DNA of 64,000 bases from Myxococcales bacterium (GTDB lineage Bacteria; Myxococcota_A; Polyangia; Polyangiales; DASUME01). Of this stretch, positions 9,936 to 18,193 are shown piece after piece. Position 1 is the stretch's first letter, and every line of letters starts with the position of its first letter. Where the stretch lies: contig JASGJH010000001.1 of the NCBI GenBank assembly GCA_047601445.1, positions 6,720,001 to 6,784,000 of the forward strand, written 5' to 3'. The position numbers and the translations under genes were made by a program. The notes below the pieces were generated by a model. The model did not search any database. It was not told where the DNA came from and worked only from the letters and a program-made list of their open reading frames with translations.

Positions 9936-11942
9936 ATGGGTCGAAAGCTGGTCGCCATCGCTGCCACATTGTGCGCTAGTGGCTGTATGGACCTCAGCTT
10001 CGGCCCCTCGAGCGGACCGTCAGAGCCGGAGGTGCTTTGGGTCATGGTCGGAGCCGAGATCGAGCTTCACCTGAGCGACTGCAGCTCGGACGAAGACGAA
10101 GGACTCGTCCATTGTGTTTCCGCCCGCATCGACGAGCTGAAGTCGGTGGAGGTTGAGGAGGCGTTCGAGATTCTGGCGAGCAAGAGCGCCGACGGCGAAG
10201 CCCTGATCTCGCTGCGCGCCAAGCAGGAGGGCCACGCTTCTCTCAAGTACAGCTATCGCGACGGTAACGGTCTGGAGCGGCGCGGGCATGTGCTGCTCGA
10301 GGCCGCTGTTCCGCAGCGGGTCAGTGCCAGCGTCTACTGCGAGAGCGGCCGATCGGAGTTCGCGGATGCCATCGTGCTCGGTGCTGGTACGGAGCTCGAC
10401 GTGTTTGTGGAGGCGAACGCGGCGAACGGCAGGAATCTCGAGACGGGTACGCTTGCGTTGTTCGACTTCGGCGTCTTCGAGCAACTGGAGGGAACAGGAT
10501 CCCACGTCAAGCTGCGCGCTCCGCTCGGCACGGGGAGCTATCCTTGGCGGAACGTGCTTCAAGAGCAGGTCGACGTGCAGGTCGTCGACCAGTTCGGTGT
10601 CGCCTTCCGTGCCTGGCAAATGGACGGGCAGCTGACGCAGCTGCTGCTGGATTTAGCCGACGATCCATCCGGAAAGACGTTGTGCACCACGCCGGCCGAT
10701 GCCGTGGTCTACGTCAAGGTGGAGAGTGGTGATTGCCAGCTTGCGACCAACGGGGCCCGCTTGGCCGGCGTGGTTCCGCTGGCCTTGCCCACGTACAACG
10801 GATCGAGGCTGCAAGTACTGGGGACTGGCGAGTGTGTCGTGAGCGCGCAGACCTCGGGGGTGGAGCCCGTCACGCTCACTCTCTCGCCGCGCGCAGTGGA
10901 CGAAGTCTTGCCCGAAGGTGAGACCATCAGTACGAGCCCAGTGCCGCTCATGCTTCTTCCTGCGCTTCCCGAGATAAAGTGTTTTGAAGGGCGCTTGGAC
11001 GGGAAGTGCGAGACGCCCGACACGCCGGCGTTCGACGACGATTGCAGTGCAGGCACGGGCGTCCAGATGGTGATGAGCGACACGCGCGGGCCCGTGGTGG
11101 CAGAGCCTGTGGGAGCGGGTCTCGTCACCTCGGTATCGGTTGGAGCTTTCGTGGGGCTCGAGCGCTCCAAGTTGTCGCGGTCTCCCATGGGGATTGGATC
11201 CACAGTCACTTCACCGGTCACCGCCAGCGTAGAGGTCGGCGAGTGCGCGGCGGATGCGCCCACCATACGCATCGCCCACGTGACCCTCGAAGGCGCGGGC
11301 ACGGGACAGCTCGAGTTTCGCGCCAGCAATCTGGAAATGCCCGGTCATGTTGGCTTCGAACTCCGGGAAGTGGCCGCGTGCGGCATCGAGACCAGCTTCG
11401 AATACGACAAGTTCAGCGACCTCGCCGCGCCAGTGTTCGCGGGTTCGAGCCTCTCGTTCAGTGCCCAGTGCCAGGACGCCGCGGGCAATGCGCTGCGCGG
11501 AGAGCCACCACTGGAGCTGACGAGTGATCAGGCCGAGAGCCGAGCTCGCCTTGGAGCCGACGGGAAGCTGTTCGTCGGAGATGGTCCAGGTCACCTCCAG
11601 CTGAAGTCCATGATTGGCGTGGGAGGACAAGAACTCGAAGTCGTCGAGGCCGACGCCGCGAGCACGCTTTCGGCCACCATGAGAACCATCCCAACACCTT
11701 CAGGCGACGCCATGCTCGTCAAGGTCTCGGCGTTCGATCAGGCAGGCCGCATGATCCAGGGCGCTGGCCACGTTCCTGTGACGGCGGAGCTCGTCGCAGA
11801 GCCTGGGAGCTGGCTCTTCGATCTCAATGGGACGTACGGCCACGCGATCGCGGTGCGCCCGGTGGGCAACCAGCCGGCGACGCTGACGCTCACTCTGGGC
11901 GAGGCACGCACTCAGCTCGATTTGCCGCCGCCGTCCCCCTGA
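9936..11942 (+). CDS. Large beta-rich hypothetical lipoprotein
   Basis: MGRKLVAIAATLCASG-C lipoprotein signal; acidic, beta-strand-rich body. Confidence 0.65.
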   Translation: MGRKLVAIAATLCASGCMDLSFGPSSGPSEPEVLWVMVGAEIELHLSDCSSDEDEGLVHCVSARIDELKSVEVEEAFEILASKSADGEALISLRAKQEGHASLKYSYRDGNGLERRGHVLLEAAVPQRVSASVYCESGRSEFADAIVLGAGTELDVFVEANAANGRNLETGTLALFDFGVFEQLEGTGSHVKLRAPLGTGSYPWRNVLQEQVDVQVVDQFGVAFRAWQMDGQLTQLLLDLADDPSGKTLCTTPADAVVYVKVESGDCQLATNGARLAGVVPLALPTYNGSRLQVLGTGECVVSAQTSGVEPVTLTLSPRAVDEVLPEGETISTSPVPLMLLPALPEIKCFEGRLDGKCETPDTPAFDDDCSAGTGVQMVMSDTRGPVVAEPVGAGLVTSVSVGAFVGLERSKLSRSPMGIGSTVTSPVTASVEVGECAADAPTIRIAHVTLEGAGTGQLEFRASNLEMPGHVGFELREVAACGIETSFEYDKFSDLAAPVFAGSSLSFSAQCQDAAGNALRGEPPLELTSDQAESRARLGADGKLFVGDGPGHLQLKSMIGVGGQELEVVEADAASTLSATMRTIPTPSGDAMLVKVSAFDQAGRMIQGAGHVPVTAELVAEPGSWLFDLNGTYGHAIAVRPVGNQPATLTLTLGEARTQLDLPPPSP

Positions 11943-11948
11943 CACCCA

Positions 11949-12929
11949 TCAGCACATGCCGTGTGCCTTCGCCCAGTGAAAGGCGCGCGAAATCGTGTCC
12001 TCCAGGCTGACCTGTGGCGTGTAACCGATGGCCTCTGAACGCGCGCCACTGAGGTGCTGCCCGGCCGACATCACCGCGATGGCGCTGTCGGAGACCACGG
12101 GGAGCGGGCCTCCGAATCGGTAGCGCAGCTTCTGCACGCCCCCCAGCACGCGAGCTGCGGCGAGCGGTGCGGCGGTGGGCGCTTTGACTCCAGCGACGCG
12201 TGCGATGAGCGCCGTCAGCTCGTCCATGTTCGTGTTGCTGCCCGTGAGCAGATAGCGCGCGCCCGGCGTGCCGTGCACGAGCGACATCACGAGGCCGCGA
12301 CCCGCGTCGCCCGCGTACACCACGTTGCGCTCGCCGCGCACGTACTTCTTGAGCTCACCGCGGGCGATGCCCGTGATCAACTGCCCAGTCGTGGAGCCTG
12401 TGTCGTGCTCGCCGAAGGTCATGGCGGGGATGCCGATCACCACGGGCAGGCCTGCCTTGGCCTTCTGCAACGCCTGCTCGTCCATCGCCCACTTCACTTG
12501 CAGATAGGGGTTCTTGCTCGCGGGCTCGTGGGCGTAGCGCTCCGTGCCGTCGGCGGGCTGGCCATCGTCGCGTCGGGGGAGGGCGATCGCGCCACCCAGA
12601 TACACGAGGCGCGGCACCTTCGCGCTCTCAGCCGCGTCGTACACGTTGCGATTGAGCGCCAGCGCCGTTGCCACCTCGTCCTGCCAGGGCCTCGGCGCAC
12701 CGGGGTAGTAAGCCGCAGCGTGGATCAGGCCATCGAGCCCCATGAGCGCCTGTTCCAGGGCGGCTCGATCGTTCAGGTCGGCCTGACGCCCCGTGAAGCG
12801 CAGGTCTTCCAGGCGCTTGAGCGAGGCGGGATTGCGATAGACGACGACCAGCTCATGCCCTGCGGACAGCACCGCTTCGGCGGTGTGCCGTCCCAGCATC
12901 CCGGTGGCGCCGAGCACAGCTACGCGCAT
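11949..12929 (-). CDS. NAD-dependent epimerase/dehydratase (dihydroflavonol reductase-like SDR)
   Basis: GATGMLG Rossmann motif, HAAA, YLQVK (YxxxK). Confidence 0.9.
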   Translation of the reverse strand: MRVAVLGATGMLGRHTAEAVLSAGHELVVVYRNPASLKRLEDLRFTGRQADLNDRAALEQALMGLDGLIHAAAYYPGAPRPWQDEVATALALNRNVYDAAESAKVPRLVYLGGAIALPRRDDGQPADGTERYAHEPASKNPYLQVKWAMDEQALQKAKAGLPVVIGIPAMTFGEHDTGSTTGQLITGIARGELKKYVRGERNVVYAGDAGRGLVMSLVHGTPGARYLLTGSNTNMDELTALIARVAGVKAPTAAPLAAARVLGGVQKLRYRFGGPLPVVSDSAIAVMSAGQHLSGARSEAIGYTPQVSLEDTISRAFHWAKAHGMC

Positions 12930-12993
12930 GTCAGCCTCTCCTTTGCATGAAACTCAGGGAGGCTAGTCGTTCGATCGTCGATCTCAAGCAGGC

Positions 12994-14607
12994 TCAGCGC
13001 CCCATGCGCGGTCCGGCACCCAGGCGCTCCTCCAGCAGCCTCTCCAGCGTGTCGCGATGTTCACAGGCCGCGAGCGCCACCGAGCGCGCGACGCGTCCCG
13101 AGCGCACCAGGCTCGCCAGGGAACGTGCCATCGGCACCATGCCCTCGTCGCCGCCGGTCTCGAGCTGGGTGGCCACCATGTGCGTCCGACCGTCACGAAT
13201 CTGCGACGCGATCGCGTGCGTCACCGTCAGGATCTCGACTGCCGGCAGGCGTCCGCCGCCGTTGGCTTGCACGAGTTGCTGCGCGACGATGTGGCGCAGG
13301 CTCGCGGCCAGCTCGTGGCGCACATGGGACTTTTCGCTTTCGGGGAAGCCATCGATCAGGCGATCGATGGCCATCACTGCGCTGCCGCTGTGAATGGTCG
13401 ACAGCACAAGGTGACCTGTCTGCGCGGCCGTCAGCGTCATGCGAATCGTCTCGGGGTCCCGCATCTCGCCGACCAGGAGCACGTCGGGATTCTCGCGCAG
13501 GGCTGCGCGCAACCCGCTCGCAAAGCCATCCACGTGCTCCCCTACTTCGCGCTGATGGATGATCGAGCGGCGCGGCCGGTAGATGTACTCGACGGGGTCT
13601 TCGAGCGTGACGATGTGGACGGCGCGGGTGCGGTTGATGTGCTCCAGGAGGGCTGCCAGGGTGGTGGACTTGCCCGAGCCCGTGGCGCCCGTGAACAGCA
13701 ACAGGCCCGTGCGTTGCTCCACCAACTGCGTGAGAGAAGCCGGCAGATGCAGGTCGGCCAGGCTGGGGATGTCGGCCACGATCGGGCGCAGTGCAATCGC
13801 CAATCCACCATCGTGACGGAAGGCATTGGCACGAAAGCGCACCCGTTCGCCGAGCGCGTCCGTGTGATGCAGCGCGAAGTCCACACTGCCCGTGTCCTCG
13901 AAGATGCGCTTCCGCTGGTGGCCAAGCTGCGACACGACGTAGGTCTCGATGCCGTCGCTCGTGATGGGCGCTGCCTCCTCGCACGGGACCAGCGTGCCAT
14001 CCACACGCAGCAAGGGGGCATGCCCGCTCGACACGATGACGTCGGAGGCGCGCCGGACGACCGCCTCTTCGAGGATGGCGTCGAGGGGGCCGATGTCGAA
14101 GGTTCTCGCAGTCTGTGCAGCAGCGGGATGGGCTGGCTCTTCGATCGGGAGGGCAGTCCTCGGTTCTGCGACCGGTGCTTCCTTCCTGGGCCGCGTGTGG
14201 GGAGGCTGAGGGTGGGGAGGCTGAGGGTGGGGAGACTGAGGGTGGGGAGACTGAGGGTGGGGCGCGGCGACCGAGGTCTCGCCGACCTTGTGCGCAGGAC
14301 CGGGCAGGAGGCGTGTCAGCGTGAACGCCAAGCTGTCATTCTGCGCGCGCGCGTGCACCGCGTAGGTTCCATAGGCGGAGGAGCGATAGGCGGCTTCCAC
14401 CGCTCCCAACTCGCGCAGTGCTGCTCGCTCGTCGGCGCTCAATAGATCATTGAGCACGTGTTCCATCATGTCCTGCGAGAGTGCGGGCATCGTGAGCGGT
14501 AGTCGCGCTCCCGAGAGCAGCAGCGCCGGCACTTCACCCAGGGCCAGCACCAGCCCCTCGGCGCGCTTCATGTCGACAATCCCCAGCAGGGTCTCGATCA
14601 CTCTCAT
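12994..14607 (-). CDS. pilT: PilT/PilU family retraction ATPase with extra N-terminal domain
   Basis: GATGSGKST, TLEDPVEY, QREVG, ALRENPDVLLVGEMRD, TGHLVLSTIH. Confidence 0.9.
   Translation of the reverse strand: MRVIETLLGIVDMKRAEGLVLALGEVPALLLSGARLPLTMPALSQDMMEHVLNDLLSADERAALRELGAVEAAYRSSAYGTYAVHARAQNDSLAFTLTRLLPGPAHKVGETSVAAPHPQSPHPQSPHPQPPHPQPPHTRPRKEAPVAEPRTALPIEEPAHPAAAQTARTFDIGPLDAILEEAVVRRASDVIVSSGHAPLLRVDGTLVPCEEAAPITSDGIETYVVSQLGHQRKRIFEDTGSVDFALHHTDALGERVRFRANAFRHDGGLAIALRPIVADIPSLADLHLPASLTQLVEQRTGLLLFTGATGSGKSTTLAALLEHINRTRAVHIVTLEDPVEYIYRPRRSIIHQREVGEHVDGFASGLRAALRENPDVLLVGEMRDPETIRMTLTAAQTGHLVLSTIHSGSAVMAIDRLIDGFPESEKSHVRHELAASLRHIVAQQLVQANGGGRLPAVEILTVTHAIASQIRDGRTHMVATQLETGGDEGMVPMARSLASLVRSGRVARSVALAACEHRDTLERLLEERLGAGPRMGR
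14198..14262. repeat. 15-bp tandem repeat x4 encoding PHPQ(S/P) linker in PilT
   Basis: tggggag(g/a)ctgaggg repeated four times. Confidence 0.9.
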
Positions 14608-14620
14608 GGGATTTTGGCAG

Positions 14621-14636
14621 AGCAAGAAGCGCGCCC
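14621..14636 (-). promoter_or_regulatory. Putative sigma-54 promoter of pilT
   Basis: Minus strand GGGCGCGCTTCTTGCT: GG-N10-GC with TTGC, just upstream of ATG 14607. Confidence 0.55.
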
Positions 14637-14820
14637 GTGGGCGTTCCTCGCTGAATTCTCGGGTTTTTGCCTGCGAGGCTGCTCCGCGCGCTGTCAAAAC
14701 GGCGTACGAGCGAGGGCCTCCACGTCAGTTTGTCGCGTCCGCCGGCCGCGACCAGGGGGAGCTGCGTGCTTACAGCCAAGTAGGTTCTCGCCGGGAATTC
14801 GAGCTAGCATTGGGAACCGA

Positions 14821-15429
14821 ATGCCCGACGACCGCCCCATTCTCGACCATCTGAGTGAGGGCGGGCCGCAGGTGACGGCGGTGAGAGGCACGCTGATCGT
14901 GTCTTCACTGCAAACCCTCCAGATGATGGGGCTCTACGAGCGCTATCTGATGAACTTGCCCGCGCCCGTGCACGATGATGTGCTGTTTGCCGTCGCCAAC
15001 AGCTGGCTTCCCGTGCAGGTGGCGATGGCGCACTACGGAGCGTGCGATGAGCTGGGGCTGTCAGAGCAGCAGCACACGCAGATCGGCGAGGCCGTCTCGC
15101 AGCGCATCATGGGGACCTTCCTGGGGACCCTGTTGCGGTCGGGGCGCGCGATGGGGGCAGCTCCCTCGCCCTGGATCGCCTTGAAGCAGTACGGACGCAT
15201 TTGTGATCGCCTGCTGCTGGGTGGAAGGCATCAAGTGTACGAGCTCGCCGGCAAGGACGCGGTCATCGATACGCGCGGTGTGCCCATGTTCCGATACCAG
15301 TACTTCCGCACGGCGACCGTGGGCATCGCACGCGGCGCAGCGGGCATGTTCGCCAAGACCATCTATGCGCGAGAGCTGGCGCGGACGCCGGACCGTGAGC
15401 AGATTCGAGTGTCGCTGCGCTGGGTTTGA
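14821..15429 (+). CDS. Myxobacterial hypothetical protein (DUF2378-like)
   Basis: VRGTLIVSSL...SWLPV..AMAHY.AC...W-V C-terminus resembles this expanded family. Confidence 0.6.
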   Translation: MPDDRPILDHLSEGGPQVTAVRGTLIVSSLQTLQMMGLYERYLMNLPAPVHDDVLFAVANSWLPVQVAMAHYGACDELGLSEQQHTQIGEAVSQRIMGTFLGTLLRSGRAMGAAPSPWIALKQYGRICDRLLLGGRHQVYELAGKDAVIDTRGVPMFRYQYFRTATVGIARGAAGMFAKTIYARELARTPDREQIRVSLRWV

Positions 15430-15455
15430 GAAGGCTGCCGCCGCAACAAGGCTGG

Positions 15456-16650
15456 CTAGAACGACCCGATCAAGAAGGAGCTCAGTGCGACCCGCGAGAG
15501 GTTGGGATCGGTGCCCCACCAATAGGTGAAGTTGGGGCCCGCGCCGAGGCCCCAGCTCTCCGTGAGATGGACGACCAGGGGCATGGCGATCCCAAAGCTG
15601 AGGGCCGTGGACCTGAAATCGGTCTGGGTCGACGAGTAGGAGTCGTAGTCGTAGGGGACGTGATAGTTGTTGTGGACCCAAGCGACGCCGAGCGCAGGCC
15701 ACAGCCAGAGGCCCACGTTGGCTCCGACCCGGGCTTCGTAGATCGCGTGCACGCTGCCACCCATGACGAGGGATTGCCGATTAAATCCGTAGCCCAGCGC
15801 TTCGTCTTGGCGCGACACGAGCAAGCTGGCTCCGATCGCGAATCGCTCGGCGATGAAATAGGCGAAGCCAGGCGTGAGCCCGAGGTTCCAGTGCCGCGAG
15901 TACCCGCTTGGCGAGTCGAGCCCGATGGTGACGCCGCCAGTCAGCATCCTTCGCCCGCGCGAGGTGAGCTTCGTTGTCTTCTTCTGTCGTGACACCTGCT
16001 CGGCGACGTCGTCGGCCCCGAACGATGCGGCGGTGGGCGCTCCACTCCCCGACACGAGCCGCAAGGCGCGGATCGCTGCAAGTTCGAGCTCAGCGGCTCG
16101 ACGCCGCTTTCGAACCGAATGAATCTTGATGGACCCGTAGATCGTGGCAGCCGTCGCGAGGATACCGGCCGCAAGGAGGGTCGCACCGATCCGACGCTCT
16201 CGTGCACCTTCCGAGGGCGAATAGGCGGGGTCATCGGGATAGTCTTTGTAGGTGTTCCCGTCCTCGACCAAGAGCGCGCCGATGGGCAGCAAGAATCGCG
16301 AGAGCAGGAATCCCCAGGCCCACCGAGAGACCGGGCAGCACCAATGAATTCCCGTCCAGCTCACGGGTGAGGGCCTCTTCGCGTTGGTCGAGTTGGCTCG
16401 CAGCGCGCGCGACTTCCACGGGGGAGGGGGCGGAAGGCGGCACGGATACCGCACTCGGAGGAGTGGATTCAAGGGCCGTTGAAGTGGATTCAAGGGCCGT
16501 TGAAGTGGATTCAGCGACCGGTGGAGCGGCTTCAGGGGCCAGAGGAGCCGATTCAGGGGCTGGAGGAGCGTCTTCCTGTGCAAGGGCGGAGCTGGGCAAG
16601 CCGAGCGAGACCACACAGGCGACGGACAGAATCGTACGGAAGAACGCCAA
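15456..16650 (-). CDS. Exported protein with hydrophobic hairpin and C-terminal outer-membrane beta-barrel, split by +1 frameshift near 16294
   Basis: Signal ending ALA-Q in ORF 16231-16650 joins LLPIGALLVE in frame 15456-16784; barrel strands (PGFAYFIAERFAIG) and terminal Phe. Confidence 0.65.
16462..16513. repeat. 21-bp tandem repeat x2.5 (ESTSTAL)
   Basis: agtggattcaagggccgttga twice plus a partial copy. Confidence 0.85.
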
Positions 16651-16845
16651 GGAGCACCGTCTAAGGCTGGAGACTCGGCACGCCTATCACAGCCCTGATA
16701 GCAGGCCAAACTCGAGCAGGGGTGACGACGCGCGGCTGTCGAAGGAACGGCCAGGGGTGATGCCCGCGACGAGTCTTGACCCATCGGTACCCACTATGCG
16801 CGGATGCGGCTTCAAAGCGCTTCCTTTGCTGGGGGACCCTACCTT

Positions 16846-18126
16846 ATGAGCCGACTCACTCGTACCGTCGCGGCCGCCGCCGCAACCCTTCTCGCCGCCG
16901 CTAGCAGCGGTGCCTGTGGCGACGGCGACGACCACGCTGCGCAGGGCGAGCTCGATGGTTCGGTTCGTCATGCTGATGCGTCGAATGACGGTGGCGGTCA
17001 CCCAGCGACCGACAATTCGGAGCCCGAAGCGGGCCCACTGTGGCACTTGAACGACGCGCTACGCGGCGGCGACCTGGGGGAGCCGGCACAGAGCAATCTC
17101 TTTTACTCGCCGCTGAGCATCGGCACTGCACTCGGCATGGTCTACGCGGGCGCCGCTGGGGACACCGAGCTGGAGCTGCACACCTTGCTCGCTCCCGGGA
17201 GGACGTTCGACGAGTTCCACGCGGATCTGGGTCAGCTTTTCTCCACGCTCGTCAGCATGGAGCCTGGTGGCAACACACTGCAGATTGCCAATGCGATCTT
17301 TCCTCGGCCAGGCTTCGAGCTCGAGCCGGCCTACCAACAGACGCTGGCGGACCGCTACCGCGCCGCGATCATGGTGACCGACTTTGCGAGCCCCGAGGCC
17401 GCGTCCATGATCAACAAGTGGACGTCGGAGCAGACCGGTGGACACATCCCGAAGCTGTTCGAAGAGGGGCAGCTGGACGCGACGACGGTGTGTGCGCTCG
17501 TCAATGCCATCTACTTCAAGGCCACGTGGAAGACCTCCTTCGACACGGCCAACACCGGCAACCAATCGTTCACTCTCGAGAGTGGTGAGAAGGTGACGGT
17601 GTCCATGATGCACGGCGAGGGGATGCCCGCGCGCATGGGCGAGATTGGCAGAGCGCAGGTGCTCGAACTGCCCTACCAGGGAGATGACCTGCGCTTCGTG
17701 GCCATCCTGCCGGGTTACGGGCAAACGGTCGCGGACCTCGAGAGCGACCTCGCGACGGAGGACGTAAGCACGGCCCTGAAGGCCACGCGCAACGTCCATG
17801 CGAAAGTGGCCATGCCTCGCTTCACCATGCGCAGCCGACTCGACTTGATTCCACCGCTGCGCAAGCTCGGGGTCACGACCCTCTTCGAGCCTGGCGCCAA
17901 TCTCACGCGCATGAGCGCCTCCACGGACATGTTCATCGACGTGGTGGTGCACGAAGCCTGGGTCGCGGTGGACGAAAACGGCACAGAGGCCGCCGCAGCC
18001 ACGGGCGCCGCCGGGCAAGAGTTCAGCGACCCTAGCATCACGTTGAACAGCCCCTTCCTGTTCTTGATCCGCGATGCCAAGAGTGGAGCCATTCTGTTCG
18101 AAGGTCGCGTGATGGACCCGCGTTAG
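16846..18126 (+). CDS. Serpin family protease inhibitor, lipoprotein
   Basis: NLFYSPLSI, INKWTSEQTGGHI, LVNAIYFKATW, hinge DENGTEAAAAT, PFLFLIRD..SGAILF.GRV.DP. Confidence 0.95.
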   Translation: MSRLTRTVAAAAATLLAAASSGACGDGDDHAAQGELDGSVRHADASNDGGGHPATDNSEPEAGPLWHLNDALRGGDLGEPAQSNLFYSPLSIGTALGMVYAGAAGDTELELHTLLAPGRTFDEFHADLGQLFSTLVSMEPGGNTLQIANAIFPRPGFELEPAYQQTLADRYRAAIMVTDFASPEAASMINKWTSEQTGGHIPKLFEEGQLDATTVCALVNAIYFKATWKTSFDTANTGNQSFTLESGEKVTVSMMHGEGMPARMGEIGRAQVLELPYQGDDLRFVAILPGYGQTVADLESDLATEDVSTALKATRNVHAKVAMPRFTMRSRLDLIPPLRKLGVTTLFEPGANLTRMSASTDMFIDVVVHEAWVAVDENGTEAAAATGAAGQEFSDPSITLNSPFLFLIRDAKSGAILFEGRVMDPR

Positions 18127-18193
18127 GCCTCAGGGATCCTCAAACGGCTCCAAACTTTCACCGGAACGCCACAGGCCCACTGCATAAGGGCTC

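Noticed and set aside
14198..16513. Short tandem repeats as a possible CRISPR array
   Set aside because: In-frame coding repeats with no spacers and no cas genes.
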